Below are positions 7,386 to 15,671 of a stretch of DNA of 43,803 nt, piece after piece. The stretch is from a phage. Within the stretch, counting starts at the first letter, position 1; each line of letters begins with the position of its first letter. Location of the stretch: assembly GCA_018167155.1 (NCBI GenBank), contig GCA_018167155.1_4332.1; one strand, written 5' to 3'. The notes under the pieces were generated by a model, which saw only the letters and a program-made list of their open reading frames with translations, searched no databases and was not told the origin of the DNA. The position numbers were made by a program, and so were the translations under genes.

Positions 7386-7643
7386 ATGCAGTTAATTGAC
7401 TTGCTGCTTAGAGAGCTGCCTAAGTATGGTGGTTGGCCTGCAGGTGCTACGGAATGTATCAGGTTTGTAGATGAAGCGACGATTGACTTCTACGACTCTA
7501 ACGGGGATTGGCCGTACGATTGTGCAGAGATATACGGTGGGATAGCATCCTGTCTGGTGCGTGATCCATCTAGACCGCTTGAAAGTGAAGTAGTTTACTA
7601 CGAAGACTATAAAAATGCGTTAAATAAACAGGAGAACAGATAA
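7386..7643 (+). CDS. Hypothetical protein
   Basis: 85 aa, ATG after GAGAGGAGAGAAACAG. Confidence 0.55.
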   Translation: MQLIDLLLRELPKYGGWPAGATECIRFVDEATIDFYDSNGDWPYDCAEIYGGIASCLVRDPSRPLESEVVYYEDYKNALNKQENR

Positions 7644-8140
7644 TGTTAGAGAAATTCTTAGTATTACTGGAACGTTTCGTAGTTGCACATGAACTGATTG
7701 CCGCGAACAGTGCGAAACAAGTTGTCGTTGCCGAAGTAGGTGGGTTAACCGCAGAGACTAAAGCAGACGTAGTTCGTGCCGTTGTAAAAGCTGAAGCAAC
7801 AAAAGAAATCCCGGTCGAAGGTGAAGATGTAGTTGACACCAAACCGGCAGAAGAAGAGAAGCCAAAACGCAAGCCGCGTAAAGCTAAAGTAGAGGAACCG
7901 ACGCCAGGGCCGCAAGAAGAGAAAGAAGAGGTCGATTATAAGTCTCTGCGCGACCAGATTCAGGCTATCGACGATGCGATTAACGAAGGCCCGAGCGATG
8001 CTGCGTGTGATGATTCTGATGAACTGCTGGAAGAGTTTACCGGTAAGAAGATGAAGATTGCCGCGATTAAAGATGAAGACCTGGCCGAGTACCTTGAACG
8101 TCTGACAGCAATCAAGAACAAGTATTTCGAAGAAGAATAA
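7643..8140 (+). CDS. Hypothetical acidic, Lys/Glu-rich protein
   Basis: 165 aa, start overlaps the upstream stop (TAATG). Confidence 0.55.
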   Translation: MLEKFLVLLERFVVAHELIAANSAKQVVVAEVGGLTAETKADVVRAVVKAEATKEIPVEGEDVVDTKPAEEEKPKRKPRKAKVEEPTPGPQEEKEEVDYKSLRDQIQAIDDAINEGPSDAACDDSDELLEEFTGKKMKIAAIKDEDLAEYLERLTAIKNKYFEEE

Positions 8141-8145
8141 CTATC

Positions 8146-8166
8146 CGGCGGCCTTCGGGCCGCTTT
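8146..8166 (+). terminator. Putative hairpin terminator or attenuator
   Basis: GCGGCC-TTCG-GGCCGC stem followed by TTT, just after the 7643..8140 stop. Confidence 0.35.
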
Positions 8167-8183
8167 AACTGAGGGTCGGAATT

Positions 8184-8498
8184 ATGAACTACGAAAATTT
8201 AACAGACATAGAAATTAATGCGCGTGTCAGCCGCGCACTATACGGAGATGTTTCGCGACGACATCAGATGCAATTAGCTTCTGGAGTAGTTGATTATTGT
8301 AATCGAATAGAGGACGCATGGCCTATTATTGAAGAAAACAACATCAGCCTGATTTTAGATAACCCGACAATGCCGTGTGCAACGTCAAACGCTCGGGATT
8401 TATTTAACGACGACGATACAGAAGTGGGTGTTGCCTATGGCAAGCCACTCCGCGCGGCCATGATAGTCTTTCTGGAAATGCAGGAGAAGGCACAATGA
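8184..8498 (+). CDS. DUF2591 (NinX-like) phage protein
   Basis: N-terminal MNYENLTDIEINARV and C-terminal PLRAAMIVFLEMQ resemble NinX/DUF2591 proteins as I recall them. Confidence 0.45.
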   Translation: MNYENLTDIEINARVSRALYGDVSRRHQMQLASGVVDYCNRIEDAWPIIEENNISLILDNPTMPCATSNARDLFNDDDTEVGVAYGKPLRAAMIVFLEMQEKAQ

Positions 8499-8767
8499 TT
8501 TACCAACTCTACCGCGCCGTTGACAGGCGGGATACCACAGAGGCGTTGTGGCTATTGCGTGCACCGTCAGGTGCGCACCTGATGGAAGAGATGGCGTACT
8601 TAGGCAAAGTACCACGGCCTAAAGATATAGGCCGTCACGTGTCTCAGATTAAGCGCACGACTTTCGCCAAGCCTGACTTTTATGTCTTCGAGTCGATGTA
8701 TGGGTGGGCTATGCACTGCGAACATAAGACACGGCATTTAATTGACCAGTGGGAGAACAGGGCATGA
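8495..8767 (+). CDS. Hypothetical protein
   Basis: 90 aa, ATGA-coupled. Confidence 0.5.
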   Translation: MIYQLYRAVDRRDTTEALWLLRAPSGAHLMEEMAYLGKVPRPKDIGRHVSQIKRTTFAKPDFYVFESMYGWAMHCEHKTRHLIDQWENRA

Positions 8768-10014
8768 TTTTAAAAGAACGCGGTGGCAATAACGATGTGC
8801 ACGCATTACTGTCGCCGTCTGGGGCTAAAAAGTGGCTGGCGTGCAGTGCATCACTGGCCTGTGAAAAAGATATTCCTAACACGTCAGGTAAAGCCGCGGT
8901 ATTAGGCACAGCCATGCATACAATAGCCGAGGTCCATTTAAATCAGTACATCAAAGGCACTGCACTGCCGTTAGAGCGTGAAGTTGGTGCTTATGTACTG
9001 GACGAGGGCAAAGGCCAGATTAAGGCGCTAATCAGTCCGATGAAAGGTGCGGTACTGATTACGGCGGACATGATTGAGCAGGTGCGCAAGTACACCGACT
9101 ACTGCAAAGCGATTATCGATGTGGCGACTTACGCCAAACTCGAGATGCGTGTCAATCTTACTGAGGTGTTGCATCCGGGGTATGAAGGCGTTGAGACGTT
9201 CGGAACTGCTGACCTTGTTGCCGTCCAGGAACTGGCTAACACCGACGAGCACATGCTTATCATCGGCGACCTGAAAACTGGACGGCATCGTGTCGAAGCG
9301 AAAGAAAACAAGCAGCTTATGCTTTACGCGCTAGGTGTTTATCGCAGACTCAAGAGACGTTATAGCATAACAACCGTTCGTCTGGTCATCTTCCAGCCGT
9401 ACGCGGGCGGTGCGTCGGAGTGGGACATCTCGGTTGAAGGCCTGGAACTGTTCGCTAAGTTCGCGCAGAAACGAGCACTGTTAGCGCTTGATGCTTATTC
9501 CCGAGGTAAGAAGAACCTGAAAGCGTCGGACTTCCGGCCGTCTGTCGACGGTTGTCAGTGGTGTCGGTTCTCGGAACAGTGCGCCGCGCGAACAAAAACC
9601 GTTAACGCGGTATTGGCGGAAGAACTGGAAGACGACTTTGCACTGGAACTTACGCCAGAGCAACTTGTAGCTGAGTATGAGAAGTTGCCGTTGTTGCGCC
9701 AGCACATAGACAAGGTTGAGAAAGCGATGGCTGCTGCGTTGCATTCCGGTAAAAAAGTACCGGGGTACAAGCTGGTAGAAGGTCGTCCTGGTAATCGTGC
9801 GTGGAAAGACGCCGATGCGATTGAAGTGTCGCACGGAGACATTCTCAAAAAAGAGGTATTGATGTCCCCTACGGAGGCGGCAAAAGTTCTTTCGGCAGAT
9901 GAGATGGCAGCGCTTGAGCCATTTATCACACGTAAGCCGGGTGCACCATGTGTCGCAACGGCGGACGACAAACGTCCTGAGTGGAATCAGGTAACAGAGG
10001 AGGATTTGGAATGA
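8764..10014 (+). CDS. PD-(D/E)XK nuclease, Cas4/RecB-like (DUF2800 family)
   Basis: ORF track 8749..10014; ATG at 8764. HALLSPSGA N-term, GDLKTGRHRVEAKENKQLMLYALG (D...EAK...QxxxY nuclease motif) and C-terminal CQWCRFSEQC Cys cluster. Confidence 0.6.
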   Translation: MILKERGGNNDVHALLSPSGAKKWLACSASLACEKDIPNTSGKAAVLGTAMHTIAEVHLNQYIKGTALPLEREVGAYVLDEGKGQIKALISPMKGAVLITADMIEQVRKYTDYCKAIIDVATYAKLEMRVNLTEVLHPGYEGVETFGTADLVAVQELANTDEHMLIIGDLKTGRHRVEAKENKQLMLYALGVYRRLKRRYSITTVRLVIFQPYAGGASEWDISVEGLELFAKFAQKRALLALDAYSRGKKNLKASDFRPSVDGCQWCRFSEQCAARTKTVNAVLAEELEDDFALELTPEQLVAEYEKLPLLRQHIDKVEKAMAAALHSGKKVPGYKLVEGRPGNRAWKDADAIEVSHGDILKKEVLMSPTEAAKVLSADEMAALEPFITRKPGAPCVATADDKRPEWNQVTEEDLE

Positions 10015-10166
10015 GCACGATTCAAGAACTGCATAAAAGCTATCTACAACAACACCGAAACGGAGCAAAGCTAGGCCGGAGCAAAGCCGTATACCGTGTA
10101 TTCAGTATGGTAATTAGAGACGAGTCGGCGAAAATTATCCGTATGACAAAAGAAACGTTTAAATAA
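10011..10166 (+). CDS. Hypothetical small protein
   Basis: ORF track 9981..10166; ATG at 10011 overlaps the nuclease stop as ATGA. Confidence 0.4.
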   Translation: MSTIQELHKSYLQQHRNGAKLGRSKAVYRVFSMVIRDESAKIIRMTKETFK

Positions 10167-10170
10167 AGTG

Positions 10171-10199
10171 TTGACACCTGAATAGCGAACTATTATAGT
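10171..10199 (+). promoter_or_regulatory. Sigma70-like promoter TTGACA-N17-TATAGT with AATAG-N4-CTATT palindrome in the spacer
   Basis: TTGACA 10171-10176, TATAGT 10194-10199, palindrome AATAGCGAACTATT at 10181-10194. Confidence 0.6.
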
Positions 10200-10254
10200 T
10201 CTAATCACTGGCCGGGCCGTTCCCGGAGTAAACTGAAAACTGAGGAATCGAAAA

Positions 10255-10881
10255 ATGGGAATTAAGCTTAATCTGCGTAAAGTAAACACTGCATGGGTCA
10301 ATGTATTCGAACGCGAAAAAGACCGTGAAAATGATGATGGCTCAATTACTAAAGGCCAGTACAGCGCGACTATTATCCTGCCGTCTGATCATGCTCAAAT
10401 CGACGCACTATACGACACCGTTTACGCTGTAGTTGAAGAGGCGTTAGGTGCAGCCGCTGCCGAGAAGTGGATGAAGTCCAACTACGGTGAAGGTAAGCAC
10501 ATGGATAAATGCGCGATTAAAGACATCGCCGAGCGCGACAATCCGTTTGAAGACTTCCCGGAAGGCTTCTACTTCAAAGCGAAGGCACAGAAACAGCCAC
10601 TGATTGTAACCTCTAAAAAAGGTGAGACTCAGGTAGAGCAGGACTTCAATGTAGACGGCGAACAGATTGAAGGCGAACAGGTTTACAGCGGCTGCGTCGC
10701 TAACGTAAGCGTAGAAATCTGGTTTAGCCAGAAATACAAAGTACTCGGCGTTAACCTGCTGGCGATTAAATACGTCGGCGAAGGTAAAGCATTCGGCGGT
10801 TCTAAAGTCGCCGCAAGCGTCGACGACCTGGAAGATGACGAAGAAGACGAAGCACCGCGCCGCGAACGTCGCCGCCGTTAA
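10255..10881 (+). CDS. Putative ssDNA-binding protein (DUF2815-like) with acidic C-terminal tail
   Basis: 208 aa; context (after DUF2800 nuclease, before polA) and the C-terminal DDLEDDEEDE tail match phage SSB-like DUF2815 proteins. Confidence 0.45.
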   Translation: MGIKLNLRKVNTAWVNVFEREKDRENDDGSITKGQYSATIILPSDHAQIDALYDTVYAVVEEALGAAAAEKWMKSNYGEGKHMDKCAIKDIAERDNPFEDFPEGFYFKAKAQKQPLIVTSKKGETQVEQDFNVDGEQIEGEQVYSGCVANVSVEIWFSQKYKVLGVNLLAIKYVGEGKAFGGSKVAASVDDLEDDEEDEAPRRERRRR

Positions 10882-10898
10882 TATCTGAATCAATTTAA

Positions 10899-10925
10899 CT
10901 AAGGCCCTTCATTGGGCCTTTTTAC
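10899..10925 (+). terminator. Rho-independent terminator
   Basis: AAGGCCC-TTCATT-GGGCCTT stem-loop followed by TTTTTA. Confidence 0.55.
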
Positions 10926-10935
10926 CGGAGTCAGA

Positions 10936-11409
10936 ATGGAACATATAAAAGATTTTCTTAGTTATAACCGAGAAACCGGAATATTCACATGGATACAACC
11001 TACGTACAGACGAGGAAAACCCGGAGACATCGCAGGATGCATCAATAGTAGCGGATACTGGCGAATACCTTATATGGGTAGATATTACATGGCCCACAGG
11101 CTTGCTTGGTTTTTCGAGTACGGTGAATGGCCCGAGGGGCCTCTTGACCACATAAACCGTGACAGGTTAGACAATAGGATTTCTAACCTAAGGAAAGCAA
11201 CCACCGCAGATAATGTGCGAAACGCTAAAAATAAGGGAGCGAGAACGGGAGTTAAGGGAGTAGTTAAAAACGGCAACCGATTTTATGGGCGGGTACATTT
11301 TAACTACAAAAGTTATAACGCGGGCAGCTACGGAACTCTTGAAGAAGCAGAAAGCGCTGTAAAGAAATTAAGAGAAAAACTGCATAAGGAATTTTATTGC
11401 CATGACTAG
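10936..11409 (+). CDS. HNH homing endonuclease with AP2-like DNA-binding domain (paralog 1)
   Basis: ORF track 10912..11409; ATG at 10936. HINRDRLDNRISNLR is an HNH motif; GVKGV...GNRFYGRV...EEA is AP2-like. Confidence 0.7.
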   Translation: MEHIKDFLSYNRETGIFTWIQPTYRRGKPGDIAGCINSSGYWRIPYMGRYYMAHRLAWFFEYGEWPEGPLDHINRDRLDNRISNLRKATTADNVRNAKNKGARTGVKGVVKNGNRFYGRVHFNYKSYNAGSYGTLEEAESAVKKLREKLHKEFYCHD

Positions 11410-13600
11410 TTTATTATACCTGGATACCGAGACATTCTCCGAAGCAGACTTAAAGAAAGTCGGGTCGTATGCGTATGCGGAGCACCCAACGACAGAGGTT
11501 ATAATTTGTACGTATGCCGTTGACGACGGTCCTGTAGAAGTATGGGATTGCACTTCCGAACCAGTAATGCCAATAAGCCTACGCGTGGCGCTCCGTAATG
11601 TTATGCGTGGGCGTATGAAAATCGTGGGCCATAACTTTTTAATGTTCGACCGCCTAATCATGAAACATTGCTGGGGCTTTGATATTCCGGTAAGCAACAC
11701 CATCGATACTATGATTTGGGCGTTTCGTCACGCGCTGCCGGGATCACTTGATGCGTTGTGCGAAGTGCTTGGCGTGTCCGCCGACAATGCGAAAGATAAA
11801 CGCGGCAAGGCGCTGATTCAGCGTTTCTCTAAACCGACACCGAAGAACTACAAAATCCGCCGTTACACCGCCGAAACACACCCGGATGAGTGGGCGCTGT
11901 TCATCAAGTACGCCGTTAGTGACATCACTGCGATGCGTGAAGTCTTCCATAAGCTGCCACGTTGGGGTAACTCCGAGTTCGAAGACCGGGTACTGGAACT
12001 GGACCAGTTAATCAATGACCGTGGGTTTAAGGTCGACGTTGCACTGGCGGAAGCTGCGATTGAAGCAGTGGAGAAGCACAAGGCACAGTTACAGGAAGAA
12101 GCCCAACGAAAATACGGCGGCTCACTTACTGGTAAGGACTTTCTGCCGATTCTGCGTGAACTTGCGCCGGCGCACCGAATCCACAACGCACAGAAGTCGA
12201 CGCTGAATGACCTGTTGGCGGATGATGATTTACCGGACGATGCTCGAACGATTATCGAAATGCGCCTGGGGGCCGCGTCCACTGCGTCAACGAAATATAA
12301 CCCATTGCTGCTGGGCCGCTCGTCTGACGACCGCCGCCGTGGTTGCTTACAGTACGGTGGGGCGAAACGTACTCTGCGGTGGGCGGGTAAAGGCTTCCAG
12401 CCGCAGAACCTGGCGCGCGGGTACTATCACGATGATGAACTGGATAAAGGCATTTCAGCGTTACTTAAAGGCCGCGCGCATCGCCGTTTCGATGTCGCTA
12501 AGCTAACAGCATCAACGGTGCGAAGCTGCATCATACCGGAAGCTGGACATAAGTTTGTCGTTGCCGATTACTCTAACGTCGAAGGCCGTGGGCTTGCGTG
12601 GCTGGCGGGCGAAGAAACCGCGCTTGATACGTTCCGCGCCGGACTGGATATTTATTGCGTAACCGCAGGTAAGATGTTTGGCATGGACCCAGATGATATT
12701 AAGAAAAACTTTAAGGAAATCAGACAGATAGGTAAGGCTTGCGAGCTTGGCCTCGGCTATGAAGGCGGCGTCGGAGCGTTCGTTACGTTTGCTAAAAACT
12801 TAGGTCTTGACCTTATTGAGATGGCAAAAACAATGGACGGTACTTTCCCTGATCATATATGGGCGGCTACCGCACGTGGTTATGAATGGGCGCGTATCCA
12901 GGAAGCAAAGCGACCACCGCATCCTGGTGAAAAGGACGACCGACCATCGTATATTCTGGACAAGAAAGTGTGGCGCACATGCGACGCAATCAAGCGTATG
13001 TGGCGTGAGTCACACCCTGAAACAGTAGCGTTCTGGCGCGACCTTAAAGACGGAATTTTAGCCGCTGTGCGTAATCCTGGTCGTGAATTTTGGGCGGGAG
13101 CACACTTGCGCAGGAATGGCGAGCGCGCTATCCGAATATGGAGAACAGTAGAATTTGATTCATCCGGTAGGAAGGTTCCTGGTTGGTGGTTGTGCGTGGA
13201 GTTGCCGTCGGGCCGTATCCTTTCGTATCCGGGAATCGGAGTTAGCGTGACAAAGGAAACAGACGAAGACGGACGGGTAAACACGAATGTGCGAATCAAG
13301 TACCAAGGTGAAAACCAGTTAACCCGCCAATGGACTACCCTGTACACCCACGGCGGTAAAGCCTGTGAAAACATTGTTCAGGCGCTGTGCCGTGATTTAC
13401 TCGCATATGCGATGGTTAATGTTGAGGGTGGCGGGTATCCCATCGTGCTTTCGGTACACGATGAACTGGTATGTGAAACTCCGGATACGCCCGAGTACAC
13501 GGTGGCTGAACTGGAAAAATTAATGTGCGCGTTGCCTGAGTGGGCGGAGGGGTTCCCTCTTGTAGCGGAAGGTGCGGAGATGAAGCGCTATGCTAAGTAA
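11402..13600 (+). CDS. DNA polymerase, family A, with N-terminal 3'-5' exonuclease domain
   Basis: 732 aa; LYLDTETF (exo I), DYSNVEGRGLAWLAGE (motif A), RQIGKACELGLGYEGG (motif B), VLSVHDELV (motif C). Confidence 0.85.
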   Translation: MTSLLYLDTETFSEADLKKVGSYAYAEHPTTEVIICTYAVDDGPVEVWDCTSEPVMPISLRVALRNVMRGRMKIVGHNFLMFDRLIMKHCWGFDIPVSNTIDTMIWAFRHALPGSLDALCEVLGVSADNAKDKRGKALIQRFSKPTPKNYKIRRYTAETHPDEWALFIKYAVSDITAMREVFHKLPRWGNSEFEDRVLELDQLINDRGFKVDVALAEAAIEAVEKHKAQLQEEAQRKYGGSLTGKDFLPILRELAPAHRIHNAQKSTLNDLLADDDLPDDARTIIEMRLGAASTASTKYNPLLLGRSSDDRRRGCLQYGGAKRTLRWAGKGFQPQNLARGYYHDDELDKGISALLKGRAHRRFDVAKLTASTVRSCIIPEAGHKFVVADYSNVEGRGLAWLAGEETALDTFRAGLDIYCVTAGKMFGMDPDDIKKNFKEIRQIGKACELGLGYEGGVGAFVTFAKNLGLDLIEMAKTMDGTFPDHIWAATARGYEWARIQEAKRPPHPGEKDDRPSYILDKKVWRTCDAIKRMWRESHPETVAFWRDLKDGILAAVRNPGREFWAGAHLRRNGERAIRIWRTVEFDSSGRKVPGWWLCVELPSGRILSYPGIGVSVTKETDEDGRVNTNVRIKYQGENQLTRQWTTLYTHGGKACENIVQALCRDLLAYAMVNVEGGGYPIVLSVHDELVCETPDTPEYTVAELEKLMCALPEWAEGFPLVAEGAEMKRYAK

Positions 13601-13721
13601 ACTGATTATCGCGGGGCTGGCAGGATTTGCCGCCGGTGTCTACTGTCACGAGGGGCAATACGGCATGACTGTCGCCGTATTAGGCATGTTCATCGCAATT
13701 TATCTGTGGGTGCTGGAATGA
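13590..13721 (+). CDS. Hypothetical small membrane protein (hand-called, 43 aa)
   Basis: Reads MLSKLIIAGLAGFAAGVYCHEGQYGMTVAVLGMFIAIYLWVLE; its stop overlaps the next ATG. Confidence 0.3.
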   Translation: MLSKLIIAGLAGFAAGVYCHEGQYGMTVAVLGMFIAIYLWVLE

Positions 13722-13807
13722 AAATTTACTGGTTATACGAAGAAGACTGTCGAATCTGCCCGCGTTGCGGGATTGAGCATACAAAACGAGAGGGGTGCGT
13801 ATTATGA
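13718..13807 (+). CDS. Hypothetical mini-protein with CxxCxxC motif (hand-called, 29 aa)
   Basis: Reads MKIYWLYEEDCRICPRCGIEHTKREGCVL; ATGA overlaps at both ends. Confidence 0.25.
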   Translation: MKIYWLYEEDCRICPRCGIEHTKREGCVL

Positions 13808-13998
13808 GCAACAAACCATTTAGTAAGAAACTAGCCGCGTTAGTGGATATGCCAGAATGGGAATTTATCATGGTAATGGGAGATGGGTTCTTTAGTGACG
13901 TTTGTGCAGGATGTACGCACAAAGGTGTTTACTACTCAGAACACGACATCTACCAAGCGTACTTCCTGCGTAACCCGGATGCGGAGCCGTTGTTATGA
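13804..13998 (+). CDS. Hypothetical protein
   Basis: ORF track 13795..13998; ATG at 13804. Confidence 0.45.
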   Translation: MSNKPFSKKLAALVDMPEWEFIMVMGDGFFSDVCAGCTHKGVYYSEHDIYQAYFLRNPDAEPLL

Positions 13999-14492
13999 AA
14001 GCACCAAGTGACGATATAAAAGATTTTCTGTCATACGACCCGGATACCGGGATATTTAAATGGGTCAAGCACAGATGCCAGACCGCGAAACCTGGAGATG
14101 TTGTTACCTACAAGGACCGTAAAGGGTACATATTGTTAGGATGGAATAGGGTGTATTACCGCGCACACAGGCTGGCGTGGTGGTGGGTATACGGAGAGAT
14201 GCCAACTAAGCAAATAGACCATATTAACGGCATACGGGACGATAACCGGATTTGTAACCTACGGCTTGCGGATGAATTTCAACAGAACCATAACCGCAAG
14301 ACCCCAGTTACGAACACCAGCGGCGTGAAAGGGGTTAACTGTAGTAAGCCTCATAATGCTTGGTGTGCTCGAGTTGCTTTTAAAGGTACACGCTATCAGA
14401 TTGGGTATTTCCAGAACCTAAATGAAGCAGAGGAATCGCTGAGAGAATTTAGGGCAAAACTGCACGGAGAGTTTTGCAACCATGGCGACTAA
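13995..14492 (+). CDS. HNH homing endonuclease with AP2-like domain (paralog 2)
   Basis: 165 aa; shares DIKDFLSYD...TGIF.W, AHRLAWW..YGE.P, DHINGIRDDNRICNLR and GVKGV...EEA with the paralog at 10936. Confidence 0.7.
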   Translation: MKAPSDDIKDFLSYDPDTGIFKWVKHRCQTAKPGDVVTYKDRKGYILLGWNRVYYRAHRLAWWWVYGEMPTKQIDHINGIRDDNRICNLRLADEFQQNHNRKTPVTNTSGVKGVNCSKPHNAWCARVAFKGTRYQIGYFQNLNEAEESLREFRAKLHGEFCNHGD

Positions 14493-14796
14493 AGAGGGCC
14501 GCGTACAGAAATACGCAAAAGAGCGATTCGAGGCCATTGGTGGCCTCGTTCGTAAACTTTCCTACGAAAACAGACGCGCAGCGATGGATTTGTTAGTGGT
14601 CCTGCCCGGCGGCATCATCTGGTTCGTCGAGATTAAGAAAGACGAAAACACGAAGCCAGACCCGCACCAGCTACGGGAACATGAGAGATTCCGGAAACGT
14701 GGTGCGAATGTTTTTGTCGTTGGTTCGTTTAAACAGGTTGACACCCTAATAGCGAACTATTATAGTCAGCCCTACACCAACAATATAAGGAATTGA
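14482..14796 (+). CDS. VRR-NUC domain nuclease
   Basis: 104 aa; DLLVVLPGGIIWFVEIKK...QLREHERFRKRGANVFVV matches the VRR-NUC PD-(D/E)XK pattern. Confidence 0.6.
   Translation: MATKEGRVQKYAKERFEAIGGLVRKLSYENRRAAMDLLVVLPGGIIWFVEIKKDENTKPDPHQLREHERFRKRGANVFVVGSFKQVDTLIANYYSQPYTNNIRN
14738..14766 (+). promoter_or_regulatory. Sigma70-like promoter TTGACA-N17-TATAGT with AATAG-N4-CTATT palindrome, inside the 3' end of the VRR-NUC gene
   Basis: TTGACA 14738-14743, TATAGT 14761-14766, palindrome AATAGCGAACTATT at about 14748-14761. Confidence 0.55.
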
Positions 14797-14799
14797 GAA

Positions 14800-14991
14800 A
14801 TGAAACACGAATATGACCGCAAACCAGCACGTGACATTGTACCAGGTGACATGATTTTCAACGTTAAAACACGTCGGCCTGTTGCCGTAGATACGGTGTA
14901 CGTAGAGTCGAATGGTAAACTGGTTATTGAAGACGTAACTGGCAACGTTACGGCGTTCGGGCGTAAAGAGTTAGTTCTGGTGCTGAAATGA
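14800..14991 (+). CDS. Hypothetical protein
   Basis: 63 aa ORF with SD AAGGAATTGAG. Confidence 0.5.
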   Translation: MKHEYDRKPARDIVPGDMIFNVKTRRPVAVDTVYVESNGKLVIEDVTGNVTAFGRKELVLVLK

Positions 14992-15671
14992 TTGTCTGGT
15001 CATTGTTTGACGGTTCGGGCCTTATGGCCCAACCGTGGGCGGAAGCGGGCCATACTTGCTATTGTTTCAACTACGACGGTGCCGACCACGGCGACTACGC
15101 ACGACTGGGTGCAAAAGTTGAACACGACAATATCCACTATATAAACGCGTGGATTGATAATAAGTTCGACTTCGAGGTTGCGCCGGATATTATTTTCGCG
15201 TTCCCTCCGTGCACAGATTTAGCCGTTAGCGGTGCGGCGCATTTTGAAACGAAGCGGAAGAAGAATCCAACGTTCCAAGTAGAGGCCGTGATTACATGCA
15301 AAGTGGCGGCGCGTCTGGCTAAAAAGTACAACGTACCTTATATGATTGAGAACCCGGTTAGTGTTCTTTCGTCTTTATGGCGTAAGCCGGATTATGTATT
15401 CAACCCGTATGAATACGGTGGTTATTTACCCGAAGACGACACGCATCCAATGTTCCCTGAATACATAAAACCACGGGACGCGTACCCTAAAAAGACATGT
15501 CTTTGGACGGGTAATGGTTTCGTAATGCCAGTTAAGTCATGTGTTGCTTCCAGAGACGGGTACTCTGACCAACACAATAAATTAGGCGGTAAATCGGTGA
15601 GGACAAAAACAATACGCAGCCTTACCCCGCGCGGTTTCGCAAAAGCAGTTTATGAGGCCAATCATGTCTAA
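14988..15671 (+). CDS. DNA (cytosine-5)-methyltransferase-like protein, short form
   Basis: LFDGSG (motif I-like), FAFPPCTDLAVSGAA (PC motif IV) and MIENPVSV (ENV motif VI). Confidence 0.55.
   Translation: MIVWSLFDGSGLMAQPWAEAGHTCYCFNYDGADHGDYARLGAKVEHDNIHYINAWIDNKFDFEVAPDIIFAFPPCTDLAVSGAAHFETKRKKNPTFQVEAVITCKVAARLAKKYNVPYMIENPVSVLSSLWRKPDYVFNPYEYGGYLPEDDTHPMFPEYIKPRDAYPKKTCLWTGNGFVMPVKSCVASRDGYSDQHNKLGGKSVRTKTIRSLTPRGFAKAVYEANHV

Noticed and set aside
9481-10068. 195-aa minus-strand ORF
   Set aside because: Antisense inside the well-supported DUF2800 nuclease gene in a rightward operon; Cys/Arg-rich translation with no recognisable motif.
12880-13374. 164-aa minus-strand ORF inside the DNA polymerase gene
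   Set aside because: Antisense to polA, whose catalytic motifs are intact; no RBS.
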